The notes beneath the pieces were generated by a model. It ran no database searches. It worked only from the letters and a program-made list of their open reading frames with translations, and was not told the origin of the DNA. Shown one piece after another: positions 8,845 to 18,872 of a DNA stretch of 64,000 bases. The DNA is from a virus. The stretch is from IMG/VR virus record IMGVR_UViG_3300020420_000873, positions 6,982 to 70,981 of that record. One strand, 5' to 3'. The position numbers and the translations under genes are program-made. Each line of letters opens with the position of its first letter. Position 1 is the stretch's first letter.

Positions 8845-9602
8845 TTTCTGTCTCCGAACTCTATTGCGTAATCTTTATATTTTTCCCAACTACGTGTTAA
8901 TGTTTCTAAATGCTTATCTGGATCAATTGACCCTGTAGTTGTAACTACAAATTTTTGTTGTTCAATTTTTTTAGCACCATGCGGACGATCTAATTCATTT
9001 AATACAAATGTGTTTGTATCCATTGGTAGTTCCATAAATTTATAATCTTTTGGATCTTGCTGTTCTAAACTTTCTGTCCAAAATAAACTAGGATCACGTA
9101 CATCATTTATCAATAATCTATAACCAGAAGGTTCCAAAGGTCTCAATGTAGAATGATCTGATTGAGATAGTCCTGGTACATCCATGTGTAAAGGTACATC
9201 TCTACGTTGTCTAATTAATTCTGCATGATTACATTGTATTGGTAGTTGTTCTATTAGTTTTACTATACCATAAAGCTCTTTTGGTAATGCAGGATTAACA
9301 TTTACTTTTCTTTTTCTAGTTAATCTGTTCAACCAACTTTCTCTAACTTTATCTGCTTTACCAAAATCATCTTCATCAAGCTGTCCTAATATACAAACTA
9401 TTCGCCAAAGTTCATGTGGTGCTGTTTCTACATAAGGTGCATTTTCTAATTTATCAGCTGAATATGATTCTGTAACTACATCTGGTGGCCACATGTAATT
9501 TCTATCGTGGAACACTTCAAGTTCATCTAAATCAATTTTTTGATAAGGCAAATCAATTGGTAGGAAACATACGTTACGAAAATCTTTATATTCTTTTTTC
9601 AT
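8841..9602 (-). CDS. 2OG-Fe(II) oxygenase-like protein (paralog of 10328..10993)
   Basis: LHMD..EPSGYR..FVLN..PHG. Confidence 0.65.
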   Translation of the reverse strand: MKKEYKDFRNVCFLPIDLPYQKIDLDELEVFHDRNYMWPPDVVTESYSADKLENAPYVETAPHELWRIVCILGQLDEDDFGKADKVRESWLNRLTRKRKVNVNPALPKELYGIVKLIEQLPIQCNHAELIRQRRDVPLHMDVPGLSQSDHSTLRPLEPSGYRLLINDVRDPSLFWTESLEQQDPKDYKFMELPMDTNTFVLNELDRPHGAKKIEQQKFVVTTTGSIDPDKHLETLTRSWEKYKDYAIEFGDRK

Positions 9603-10344
9603 CCTTGTGCCTCTTATCTAATAAAAAAGTTTTTATAATCCATGCTGGTAAATCTATTTCCCACCACTTCTCTTTGTTGTTCCAACTTTGTGGTTTTTGG
9701 TGGTGTGTGTTATGTAGCCCACTACCAAGTGTGATTAAATTTACCCATGTATTATTTGTACTTCCATCTGGTGTATTAAACAATCTGTAACCCCATTTAT
9801 GACATAATACATTTACAGCACCAGCACTATGAAATGTTATTACTGCTGGTATTGATATTAAAAATACTGCTATACGCCAATCAATTAAAGCAACGATTCC
9901 ATATACACCTAATAGTAATTTTAAATAATGTTGATGTATAAATTTAATCCATTTATCTTTAATTAAATCTTTTACAAATCTTGTTTCAATTGTAAAAGGC
10001 TCCCAGAATGTTGTCCATATTCTCCATGCTGATTGACCACCATGTGGATCTTCTTTAGTTTCAGGCACTGCGTGATGTTTTCTATGTACTCCACACCATG
10101 CAATTGGTGAACCAAAACAGTTAAACATGCTTAACACAATTAACATTCTTGATTTCCAATATGACGTTTCAAAACTTTTGTGTGATAGATACCTATGTAA
10201 AGCAATTTCGCCACCAACTTTACCAAACATAATCCAGCCAATAAGAGATAGCCATAACCAACTTAGATCTGCATACATCAAACCTACTATAAGCAGTAAG
10301 TGGTTAGCTAATAAAATTAGTTTTAATTTATATTCGTAGCTCAT
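9586..10344 (-). CDS. Membrane fatty-acid desaturase (delta-9-like)
   Basis: Three His boxes HRYLSH, HRKHH, HNTHH; DPH; WEID; TM segments. Confidence 0.9.
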   Translation of the reverse strand: MSYEYKLKLILLANHLLLIVGLMYADLSWLWLSLIGWIMFGKVGGEIALHRYLSHKSFETSYWKSRMLIVLSMFNCFGSPIAWCGVHRKHHAVPETKEDPHGGQSAWRIWTTFWEPFTIETRFVKDLIKDKWIKFIHQHYLKLLLGVYGIVALIDWRIAVFLISIPAVITFHSAGAVNVLCHKWGYRLFNTPDGSTNNTWVNLITLGSGLHNTHHQKPQSWNNKEKWWEIDLPAWIIKTFLLDKRHKDEKRI

Positions 10345-10993
10345 TCTTTTTTATAACCTGTGTATTGTATTTATTCGCACTTCGCTCTATCAACTTTTGA
10401 TGTGCAGATTTAATTACCTTTCCTAATATAAAACCAACTATACGATCGTCATCAACACCTTCTTTAACATCAACTCCATGTGGTTGTGTGCAATTGTTAA
10501 TTAAAAAAGCATCTGTTTCTTCAGGAATAGTACAAAAATGTTTAGGTTGATTGCTCATATCTTTGCTATAGTCGTAGTCTTTACACATGTATAAGCTATC
10601 GCGTGATCCACTTACTACAAATCTATAACCTATAGGTTCATTTTCTCGTTGATGATCGAACATTTCTTGCGTAATTGTCATGTGATGTGGGTGCGGTGCT
10701 TTAACATAATTACCATCCACATGTGGAGCAACATTTCCTGTTGACCTTGCTATCCTTACGTAAAATTTATATTCAAAAGGAAAATATGTATCTATCCAAT
10801 GTAATAGTTCTGGATACTTTTGTTTAGCAAAATCATTCCAAGGTTTCATTTCACCAAATGGAACTGATAGATCTTTCACTCCTAATAATGTTTCTTCTTT
10901 CCACCATGCAAACTTTTCTCCACCGATAAAATTATCTAGTATTGATTGTTTGTTTGGAATTGGTGGTATGTCTAAAGGGGTGAATACTATCAT
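10328..10993 (-). CDS. 2OG-Fe(II) oxygenase-like protein
   Basis: PHVD..EPIGYR..FLIN..PHG..R. Confidence 0.65.
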   Translation of the reverse strand: MIVFTPLDIPPIPNKQSILDNFIGGEKFAWWKEETLLGVKDLSVPFGEMKPWNDFAKQKYPELLHWIDTYFPFEYKFYVRIARSTGNVAPHVDGNYVKAPHPHHMTITQEMFDHQRENEPIGYRFVVSGSRDSLYMCKDYDYSKDMSNQPKHFCTIPEETDAFLINNCTQPHGVDVKEGVDDDRIVGFILGKVIKSAHQKLIERSANKYNTQVIKKNELRI

Positions 10994-11751
10994 CTTTGTA
11001 CAAATGCTTTCTCTACTACAAATTGTCCCGGTATAGAAGTATTTCCTTCTTGCATACCCAATGACTCAAAGTGTTCTATTAAATCTTTATTAAGACCTTG
11101 TGATCCACATATCATAAATCTATCATCTTTTGTGTCTAAACTTTGTCCTACAGTATCTGAAAACAGTCTACCATTTTTTATCCATTCAGTAATTCTTCCC
11201 TTGCGTGGCCAATCTTGTTGTGTTAATGTATTAAAGTATCTAAAGTTGCCTTGTGTAAGTGCTTTCCATTCTTCATTAAACCAATTAAGTGGCTCATGGT
11301 ATGCTAATTCATTTTCATATTGTACTGTGTGAGTAAGTATAACTTTTTCAAAGCGTTCATAGGTTGCAGGATCTTTTATTATTCCTAAGAAAGGTGCAAG
11401 TCCTGTGCCTGTTGATATCAAGTATAGATTGCGTCCAGGCATTAAATAATCAATCACAAGTGTGCCTGTTGACCTAGGATTAACTAACACTTCATCTCCT
11501 ACCTTAAGATGTTGTAATTTAGAAGTTAATGGACCATCATCAATTTTAATTGATAGAAATTCTAAATAGTCTTCATGATTAGCAGAAGCAATCGAATATG
11601 CTCTCATTATTTTCTTGCCTTCATGCTCCATGCCAATCATTGCAAATTCACCATTGTTAAATTTATTTGGATAGTTTCTCGTAGTTTTAAAAGAAAAAGT
11701 TTTATCACTCCAATGTTTTACCCAAGTTACTGTTTCTTTATTAACTGCCAT
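10990..11751 (-). CDS. fpr: Ferredoxin/flavodoxin-NADP+ reductase
   Basis: RAYSIAS, GPLTS, TGTGLAPF, MICGS, VEKAF. Confidence 0.93.
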   Translation of the reverse strand: MAVNKETVTWVKHWSDKTFSFKTTRNYPNKFNNGEFAMIGMEHEGKKIMRAYSIASANHEDYLEFLSIKIDDGPLTSKLQHLKVGDEVLVNPRSTGTLVIDYLMPGRNLYLISTGTGLAPFLGIIKDPATYERFEKVILTHTVQYENELAYHEPLNWFNEEWKALTQGNFRYFNTLTQQDWPRKGRITEWIKNGRLFSDTVGQSLDTKDDRFMICGSQGLNKDLIEHFESLGMQEGNTSIPGQFVVEKAFVQR

Positions 11752-12965
11752 TAAACGTTCCTCGTGTTACCATATTCAACAACTGTACAATTTTCTATTT
11801 GTGGACATTGTCTCCAAGGGTCAACAATAATTGATCCTTTTGGAAAATCATATTTGGCTTTATCATCTGTGCCATATGTTACCTTTGGATTGTGTGCTAA
11901 TAGATAAACTGCTGTGCCTAAATCTTTAGGAGGTGTATCACCTGTGTGTTCATCTTTGTAATACAATGTTCTACCTGCTTTTTCAATGTAGTGTCCAATA
12001 AGCAAACTGTATGATCCGTTAGTGTAAGGCACGTGAGGTTTATATGCTTTACCTACAATTACAATTGGCAAATTGTATGACATTAATTTTTTAGCAAGAT
12101 TTTCTGCTTGTACTTCTCTAGCACCCATGATAGCATCAAACAAATCATAACCTAAGCCTAAATGGTCTGCCATCCAACGTAATGCAATATTATCTCTTGG
12201 GTGACAAGCACCACCATCTCCCATACCTGCTGTCATATATTTTGGTCCCATGATACGCATGTCTGAATATGCAAGTGCAGAAGTTACCACATCAACATTG
12301 ATGTTACCTTGTTTTTCTGCTACATCTTGAATCATGTTTACCAAACCAATCTTTGCTGAAATAAATGTGTTGTAAAATATTTTAATTGATTCACATTCAT
12401 CCCAAGTACCAACTACATACCTTGGACTGTTTTGCATCATTGGTTTGTAAAAATCAATAAGTTCTTTGGCATCACCTGTCTTTGATCCATCTTCTGTTCC
12501 AATCATAATCATTTCAGGATTAACCATATCCCATTTTACTGAACCCATGGCAATCAAATAAGGATTGTATACAAAACGTGCATTAGTAATTAATGGCTCT
12601 AGTTCACGTCTTGTTGTGCCTGGTAGTACAGTTGATATAAGAACCACTAGTTGTTTTTTATTCACAAACTGATTAACTTCTTGCAAAATATTTTTTACAA
12701 TTGTGTAATCAAAATCTTTTGGTTCTAAATGTGCTGTTGGTGTCGAACCATCATAACGTGGATCATGTGGTGTTGGTGCCGCAATAAAAACAATGTCTTT
12801 GTCTTTTACTGCTTCAGCAATAGATCCTTTCATTGCAAAATTTTCTGGCTTTCTTGGCTCTACGTCATAACCTTCAACCATATATTGTTGTGCCATTACT
12901 TCTGCACAATCTTGTCCAAGTTTACCGCAACCTATCATTGCGACTTTTGTATTTTTTAATTTCAT
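11751..12965 (-). CDS. UDP-glucose/GDP-mannose dehydrogenase family
   Basis: GCGKLG, PTP, STVLPGTT, K..YN, GGACHPRD. Confidence 0.9.
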   Translation of the reverse strand: MKLKNTKVAMIGCGKLGQDCAEVMAQQYMVEGYDVEPRKPENFAMKGSIAEAVKDKDIVFIAAPTPHDPRYDGSTPTAHLEPKDFDYTIVKNILQEVNQFVNKKQLVVLISTVLPGTTRRELEPLITNARFVYNPYLIAMGSVKWDMVNPEMIMIGTEDGSKTGDAKELIDFYKPMMQNSPRYVVGTWDECESIKIFYNTFISAKIGLVNMIQDVAEKQGNINVDVVTSALAYSDMRIMGPKYMTAGMGDGGACHPRDNIALRWMADHLGLGYDLFDAIMGAREVQAENLAKKLMSYNLPIVIVGKAYKPHVPYTNGSYSLLIGHYIEKAGRTLYYKDEHTGDTPPKDLGTAVYLLAHNPKVTYGTDDKAKYDFPKGSIIVDPWRQCPQIENCTVVEYGNTRNV

Positions 12966-14446
12966 GAATATACCCTCACTTTGTGTTTTTGTTCAAATGC
13001 ATCTGCATGTTGTCTTGTATTTACTAACGGCTCACCTTTGATATTAAGACTGGTGTTTAGTAACATTGGACAACCTGTTTCATCATAGAACTTTTTAATT
13101 AAATTATAAAATCCTGGTGCCTCTTTTTGTGTAACAGTTTGTACACGTGAAGTACCATCAGCATGTATTATTGCTGGAAACTCTTGTGGCTTTCTACATA
13201 TAGCAACTGCCTGCATGTATGGAGACTCTGTAATACCGCCAGGCATTGTAAAATACTCATGTACATGTTCTTCAAGTATGGCAGGAGCAAAAGGTCTAAA
13301 CTTTTGTCGTTTTTTAATATCGTTTACTCTGTCTTTGATTTCACCTCCCCTTGGGTCTGCTAATAAACTTCTATTACCTAATGCCCTTGGCCCAAACTCT
13401 GCTTTACCACTTGCTACTCCTATGATGTTTCCATTTATAAGAGCTTCACAGGCAGAATCCACAGGATAATTACCTTCTATGTTTGTACCTAAAAAAGGAC
13501 CTTGCCAATTTACTTTGTCACCATAACCTAATGCGGCCGCTCCTAACGAGTTACCTGCATCACCTGGATTAGGCATGATCCATATGTTTTTGTTTTTATT
13601 ATACAGCAATGAGTTAGCTACACAATTAAGTGCTACTCCTCCCATCCACACAATATTTTTTTGTGAACTGTAAGTACTTGCTATCTCAAATAATTTAAGA
13701 ATTTTCTTTTCAATAACCTGTTGTATTGATGCCGCAGTATCATATTTAAATTGTTCATCAATCATAGGTATATGAGGCATCCAATCTTGTATACCAGCAT
13801 GAACGTTTTGAGTTAACTTCAATGGATCACGTTTATCAAAAAAATGATCTTCAATTTGTTTTGCATACTTTGGTTCACCATACGCCGCCATACCCATTAA
13901 AATATATTCTTCTTCATTTGCTTTTAGTCCGACTCTTTGAGTAAATGCTGAATACAATAAACCTAGTGAATGTGGGTACTGATACGTTTTTAATCTTTTT
14001 AAATTATTTGGTGCTGTGTATTCCCATATTGATATAGTATCAAACTCTCCAATAGCATCAGCAACAATAACACAGGCACTGTTGTAAGGTGATGTGTATG
14101 CTCCGGCGGCCGCATGTGCTTTGTGATGTTCTACATATTCTAACTTATGTGGTATCATATGTTGAAACTGTTTCATATACATTTTTGGTAGATTGCAAGA
14201 TTGAAATACCTCACCCCATTGACCTGCAACCATTTGTCTGCGTTTTTTTAGCCACGGTCTTTCATGCCATATAACACGATCTGGATCACCATATTCCAAT
14301 GCTTCATTTATCATTTCATTACATAAGTCAGAGTCATTTTTAATTCTTGTGTATCTTTCTGTGTGTCCGGCAAATACTATTTCGCCATCTTTAACTACAG
14401 ATAAAGATCCATCATGGCCCAATCCACATATACCCCAAATTATCAT
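12962..14446 (-). CDS. NodU/CmcH-type carbamoyltransferase
   Basis: HD, ERYTRIK, HHKAHAA, GGVALNC, EFGPRALGNRS, FRPFAP, LLNTSLN. Confidence 0.93.
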   Translation of the reverse strand: MIIWGICGLGHDGSLSVVKDGEIVFAGHTERYTRIKNDSDLCNEMINEALEYGDPDRVIWHERPWLKKRRQMVAGQWGEVFQSCNLPKMYMKQFQHMIPHKLEYVEHHKAHAAAGAYTSPYNSACVIVADAIGEFDTISIWEYTAPNNLKRLKTYQYPHSLGLLYSAFTQRVGLKANEEEYILMGMAAYGEPKYAKQIEDHFFDKRDPLKLTQNVHAGIQDWMPHIPMIDEQFKYDTAASIQQVIEKKILKLFEIASTYSSQKNIVWMGGVALNCVANSLLYNKNKNIWIMPNPGDAGNSLGAAALGYGDKVNWQGPFLGTNIEGNYPVDSACEALINGNIIGVASGKAEFGPRALGNRSLLADPRGGEIKDRVNDIKKRQKFRPFAPAILEEHVHEYFTMPGGITESPYMQAVAICRKPQEFPAIIHADGTSRVQTVTQKEAPGFYNLIKKFYDETGCPMLLNTSLNIKGEPLVNTRQHADAFEQKHKVRVYS

Positions 14447-14964
14447 TTTGCACTCACCATCATTTGTTTTATTTCAAAAGGTTGATCTATAATCCATTTT
14501 ATAGTATCAATTATATTTTCATATGATAATTTTGCACCATCATATTCTTTATTAAATTCTGTGTCGACATATCCCAAACCCAACGTTGTAACTTTACATT
14601 TCCTTTTTTGATTGTGTAATAATTCTGCTTGTGAATGTAAAGCAACTTTTTCTACAGGATATTGATTATGTACTACTTGCCAATTATTGTAAGGAACAGT
14701 ATCAACACCTATATTAATTATTAGCTTATCTTGATTCTGCCATGCTTCAAAAACATCATTAAGCAATTCAACTTGTCCAAATCCTTCATGTGCATTGTTT
14801 ACAAAAATATCACAATCGCTTATAGCTTGAACTATTTTAGCTCTTGAATCTTTATTGTTTATATCATAGCCTGTTGATTTGCTGAATCCAAGACTGTTTG
14901 GAAATGCATCATAAATTGCTTTGCCAATTCTTTTTGTGTGTCCTGATACTGCTACTGTCTTCAT
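14443..14964 (-). CDS. Compact SDR-family oxidoreductase
   Basis: SGHTKRIG, FVNNA, YPVEK (YxxxK), GYVDT. Confidence 0.75.
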   Translation of the reverse strand: MKTVAVSGHTKRIGKAIYDAFPNSLGFSKSTGYDINNKDSRAKIVQAISDCDIFVNNAHEGFGQVELLNDVFEAWQNQDKLIINIGVDTVPYNNWQVVHNQYPVEKVALHSQAELLHNQKRKCKVTTLGLGYVDTEFNKEYDGAKLSYENIIDTIKWIIDQPFEIKQMMVSAK

Positions 14965-15834
14965 TTAAATTCTCTCATATGCTTGTGTTAAACACACACG
15001 GTTTATACCATTTTCTCTTTTAAATCTATCCCATTCTTTGTCATCTGTTGTTCCAATCAAATAAGAATCACTTGGTGTTAAATTAAAATGTTTACAAATT
15101 AAGTTTTGTTTCTCACTATACTCTTCTTTTTTCGCAAACACACTACTGTTCATTGTTACTGCTCTAAACACATCGATAATTGCATGATTAAAATAACCAA
15201 CACCTTGAAGCTCTTGTTGTATCAATTCAGCTTCTCTAACAAAACGCACTCCAGCTCTCAACAATCCAAGTCCATAAGGTTTTGAACAACTCCAAAAAAT
15301 TTCTTTAACGTTCTCATACAAATTTAATCTGTACTGACCAGTAGTACCAACAAATGCTAAATCTAGATAAATTGGACATATTTGTCTTGATCCAACTTCA
15401 TCATACCTTCTATCAAAATTTCCTGTTGCACTAAATGGATTACTCATATACAGAGGTACACCTATTTGTAAGTCATTCACTGACCTAGCAACATGTACAG
15501 GTTTTTTCATAAACGTTGGATATCTGTATTCACCTTCAAATACTTGATACTTTTTAACCTTAGTACACATCCAGTCAATGCTTTCATGTATACCATTTGT
15601 AGGATAAGCCCATCTCATTTCAGATAAATCAATCAATGGTTCTAAATAATTCCTAATTTGGTTTTGACAATTTTCCCAACGAACCCTTCTTCTTACTGAA
15701 GGTGTTTTATCATTCTCATCAGTGCTTTCAATGTAAGATCCATAACTACTGGTTAGCATATTCTTAATTGTCATATCTGTTGGCGAATGTATTGCTTTAC
15801 TTTTACCAAATGTTTCGTTTGTTATATTTTTCAT
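14965..15834 (-). CDS. PLP-dependent aminotransferase-like (fold type I) protein
   Basis: SNPFSATG, LDLAF, SCSKPYGL..LRAG. Confidence 0.7.
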   Translation of the reverse strand: MKNITNETFGKSKAIHSPTDMTIKNMLTSSYGSYIESTDENDKTPSVRRRVRWENCQNQIRNYLEPLIDLSEMRWAYPTNGIHESIDWMCTKVKKYQVFEGEYRYPTFMKKPVHVARSVNDLQIGVPLYMSNPFSATGNFDRRYDEVGSRQICPIYLDLAFVGTTGQYRLNLYENVKEIFWSCSKPYGLGLLRAGVRFVREAELIQQELQGVGYFNHAIIDVFRAVTMNSSVFAKKEEYSEKQNLICKHFNLTPSDSYLIGTTDDKEWDRFKRENGINRVCLTQAYERI

Positions 15835-15835
15835 A

Positions 15836-16522
15836 TTACCTTTGCTTCATGTGTTTACATACTCCTGCAAGTGTTTGATCGTTGACATCAACGTTTACAA
15901 CCAACCAATATGCAGGGTCTGGTGTTGTATTAAACAAGTAATGTACTTTTGCTGTATCAACAAAGTATAAAAGACCTTGTTGCCATTGTAATACTTTATC
16001 TTCAAGTATAAAAGTCATGCCGGGAGTATCACAGTTTTTTAATGGCATTATTAATCTAAAAGTATCAAATACTAATTTGTTTGATTGATGAAAGTCATAT
16101 TCATCTGGATGATCTCTATGTGGTGGAAAAAATCCTCCAGTGTTTAATTTTAATATGTGTGTTCTAAATATATGTCCTTCAAAAGGTTGTAGACATTCTT
16201 TCAGAGACTCCCATTCATAAACTGGTGTCGGAACTTTAAAATCTCGTTCTGTCCATTCAGTACCATTTTCTTTATTATACTCATACACACTATCCAGATC
16301 TGGTCTTCCTGACAACCCTCCATCTAAACTTGTAATACTTAATCCTTGCCTTGGATAATCTTTTCTTGGATTGTATTGTACATATTTAAATTGTTCTTCT
16401 GTCCAGTCAATGAACTTAGAAGAATCCTTCATACGTAAACGCAAAGGATACTGTGATCCAAACGTTGTTAAATCTCTGTATAAGCTATTCTTGTTCATTC
16501 GTATGTTCTGTCTCCTGGCCAT
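15836..16522 (-). CDS. Asp/Asn beta-hydroxylase-like 2OG-Fe(II) oxygenase
   Basis: GGFFPPHRD..DTAKVHYLFN. Confidence 0.75.
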   Translation of the reverse strand: MARRQNIRMNKNSLYRDLTTFGSQYPLRLRMKDSSKFIDWTEEQFKYVQYNPRKDYPRQGLSITSLDGGLSGRPDLDSVYEYNKENGTEWTERDFKVPTPVYEWESLKECLQPFEGHIFRTHILKLNTGGFFPPHRDHPDEYDFHQSNKLVFDTFRLIMPLKNCDTPGMTFILEDKVLQWQQGLLYFVDTAKVHYLFNTTPDPAYWLVVNVDVNDQTLAGVCKHMKQR

Positions 16523-17655
16523 AAGGGTAATTTAGTTCCTTCAGCTCTTTTTGGTATCTTTGAATCAGCACTTGATACACAACTTTGTGAAATACATTTT
16601 TTTGGCTTGTCAAATAATTTAAATCCTGTTTCAATATTTCCAAGCGGTTCATCATGACAACTATAACTCCTTTTTATGCTACCATCTGGTTCTCTAATAA
16701 TAATTGATCTGTATCCTGAAGAACATTCCCATCCTTCAAATTTATTAAAATTAAATGCGTTAAATCTTTCTGCTTGATCCATAAAGTATGGATTGTTTTC
16801 TTTATCTCTAAATTCAACTTGAAAATGCTGTGGCACTCCTTGTGAATATGTTTGCTTTTGCATTGTTCGATCATCATCTATTTTAAATGTTGGTTTTGGT
16901 CTTTGTACATGTTTATTTTTTTCTTCAGTGAATCCACGTTGTGGCATTCCGTTGTATAACTTGTCAAGCATTTCTTTCGAGTAGCCTTCAACGACCGTTG
17001 ACGCTGTAGGATCTGATTGAGGTTTGAGCGTAACGTTAATACCTCTATTGTGGAAGTATAATGATTCCTCATATAGTTCATCGAACCATTCTGGAACCAT
17101 AACTTGGTTGATTGTGACTTGGACATCGTGTTCTTGGACAAAGCATAACTTGTCTGCGAACTGTTCTCTTTTCTCTTGTGAGTTAACGTGTTCCCTGTGG
17201 TATGAAGCCGTGATACTGGCTCTATGGAACGGTGCGACTGCTTTAACATATTGTTCAAACCATTTCATGTTTCTACTGCAATTACTTGTCATGTGTACAG
17301 AAGTATAGTTAGTGTTTGGAGTATCATCAGCCAGATGCTGAAGAATATCAAGATAACCAGGATGAAACGTAGGCTCGCCTCCAGAAAGACTGAAGTGGAA
17401 ACTATTAAATCCTCTATCTCTTGCTTGTCTTTTGATCTCATCAATGGTGGCAAGACAAAGCTCAGTAGGCCTATGATCTTTTCTGTCACTCCTAGCATAC
17501 GGCCAACAGTAGCTACACCTATAGTTACAAAACCTACCAAGAAGCCAACTGACTGTAAAAAGATCCCTATACAGCATAGTACGTTGTCCCACACGTACAA
17601 GCTCAGGGTACGGAATTTTTGTAAAATCATATTCACTCCATTTTAAATCATTCAT
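16495..17655 (-). CDS. Radical SAM protein with C-terminal twitch domain
   Basis: CNYRCSYC, GGEP, TSN, WEC..SC..C..SC. ATGA-coupled start MNDLK. Confidence 0.9.
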   Translation of the reverse strand: MNDLKWSEYDFTKIPYPELVRVGQRTMLYRDLFTVSWLLGRFCNYRCSYCWPYARSDRKDHRPTELCLATIDEIKRQARDRGFNSFHFSLSGGEPTFHPGYLDILQHLADDTPNTNYTSVHMTSNCSRNMKWFEQYVKAVAPFHRASITASYHREHVNSQEKREQFADKLCFVQEHDVQVTINQVMVPEWFDELYEESLYFHNRGINVTLKPQSDPTASTVVEGYSKEMLDKLYNGMPQRGFTEEKNKHVQRPKPTFKIDDDRTMQKQTYSQGVPQHFQVEFRDKENNPYFMDQAERFNAFNFNKFEGWECSSGYRSIIIREPDGSIKRSYSCHDEPLGNIETGFKLFDKPKKCISQSCVSSADSKIPKRAEGTKLPLWPGDRTYE

Positions 17656-18872
17656 TGCCAATACTCCTTAAACTCTGGATATACTTCTAAAAAATCAGTG
17701 TTGTTTAATCTATCCATAGTTTCAATGTATTCCTTTGTCGAACTTGGCAACATATTGTTTTCAATGTCAGTATTGTTCATATAATCCAATACATAGTTTG
17801 ACCATTTAACTATTTTGGCCAAACGGTTCTCCTTCAAGTTTTTTAAATTATCTATTTTATTATAAACTCTTTTTGTTACAATGTCTTTCATTTTCTTTGG
17901 TATATGCTGAATATTTAAAGCTTCAGGATATTGTACCAGACTGCAATGAAAAGGACAATCTAACGATTGATAATAATCAATTATATCATCAAATCTAGAA
18001 ATGTTATACAATGAAACTGTACATGTTGTTGTTAAATTAAAAACTTCCGATGGTAATTTGGATTTCAATGTTTTTATATTATTTTCAACAGCCTTCAAAT
18101 CACTTCCTGTTCTTAAATAGCCATGTATTTTTTTATCACCATCTAAACTTACACGACAGTTTATGCGTTTAAATTTGCTCCAAAGATCACTAATATGCCT
18201 ATCTTTTAGTACTATGTTGTTTAAATTTGTATTGTACTCTAACGTAATGTTATTTGCATATGGTAATAGTTTTTCTAACGCATCATAATGCTGAGGTTGG
18301 ATCAATGGTTCTCCTCCTGCTATAACTATTTCTTCTACTCTTGGCCCTATATCATTAACAACTTGATTAAAAGTTTCTAATGGTAATTTTGCTATGCCAC
18401 GCCATGTACTTGTTTCAGTCAATTGGTATTTGTCAAATAAACGTTTTACTTCGTCATGCTTGTTTACTGCAACTGCCCACGTTGAACTATATATTGACGA
18501 GCAGTGTCTACATCTCAAATCACACACATTACCAAAACGTAACTCGATTGTTTTAACGTTCATTGGCAACTCACCATCGTTTACTTGTTTTAAAACATCC
18601 GGTATATACTTTTCATAATCTTGATTACACTGTTGCCTAGTTGATACAACATTTGCTTTTTCCATATCCCAACAACTTTTACAACCTTCATGCTGTATTC
18701 CATTCATTAGATTGTTACGTATTTTTTTATAATTTTCGTTGTTCCATATTTCTTTTAATGTTTTGTCTCCATAGTGTCCTAACGAATCATGATTACGCCA
18801 ACAAGCACTAACAAATCCTTTTGGCTTTAAGTTCATATGAATAAACGGCATTATGCAGAATGTTTTAGACAT
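17652..18872 (-). CDS. Radical SAM protein, N-terminal twitch domain
   Basis: CIMPF..GCKSC, CDLRCRHC, GGEP, SLDG. Confidence 0.9.
   Translation of the reverse strand: MSKTFCIMPFIHMNLKPKGFVSACWRNHDSLGHYGDKTLKEIWNNENYKKIRNNLMNGIQHEGCKSCWDMEKANVVSTRQQCNQDYEKYIPDVLKQVNDGELPMNVKTIELRFGNVCDLRCRHCSSIYSSTWAVAVNKHDEVKRLFDKYQLTETSTWRGIAKLPLETFNQVVNDIGPRVEEIVIAGGEPLIQPQHYDALEKLLPYANNITLEYNTNLNNIVLKDRHISDLWSKFKRINCRVSLDGDKKIHGYLRTGSDLKAVENNIKTLKSKLPSEVFNLTTTCTVSLYNISRFDDIIDYYQSLDCPFHCSLVQYPEALNIQHIPKKMKDIVTKRVYNKIDNLKNLKENRLAKIVKWSNYVLDYMNNTDIENNMLPSSTKEYIETMDRLNNTDFLEVYPEFKEYWQ

Noticed and set aside
16674-17646. Several overlapping alternative-frame ORFs
   Set aside because: Explained by locally higher GC inside the radical SAM gene.
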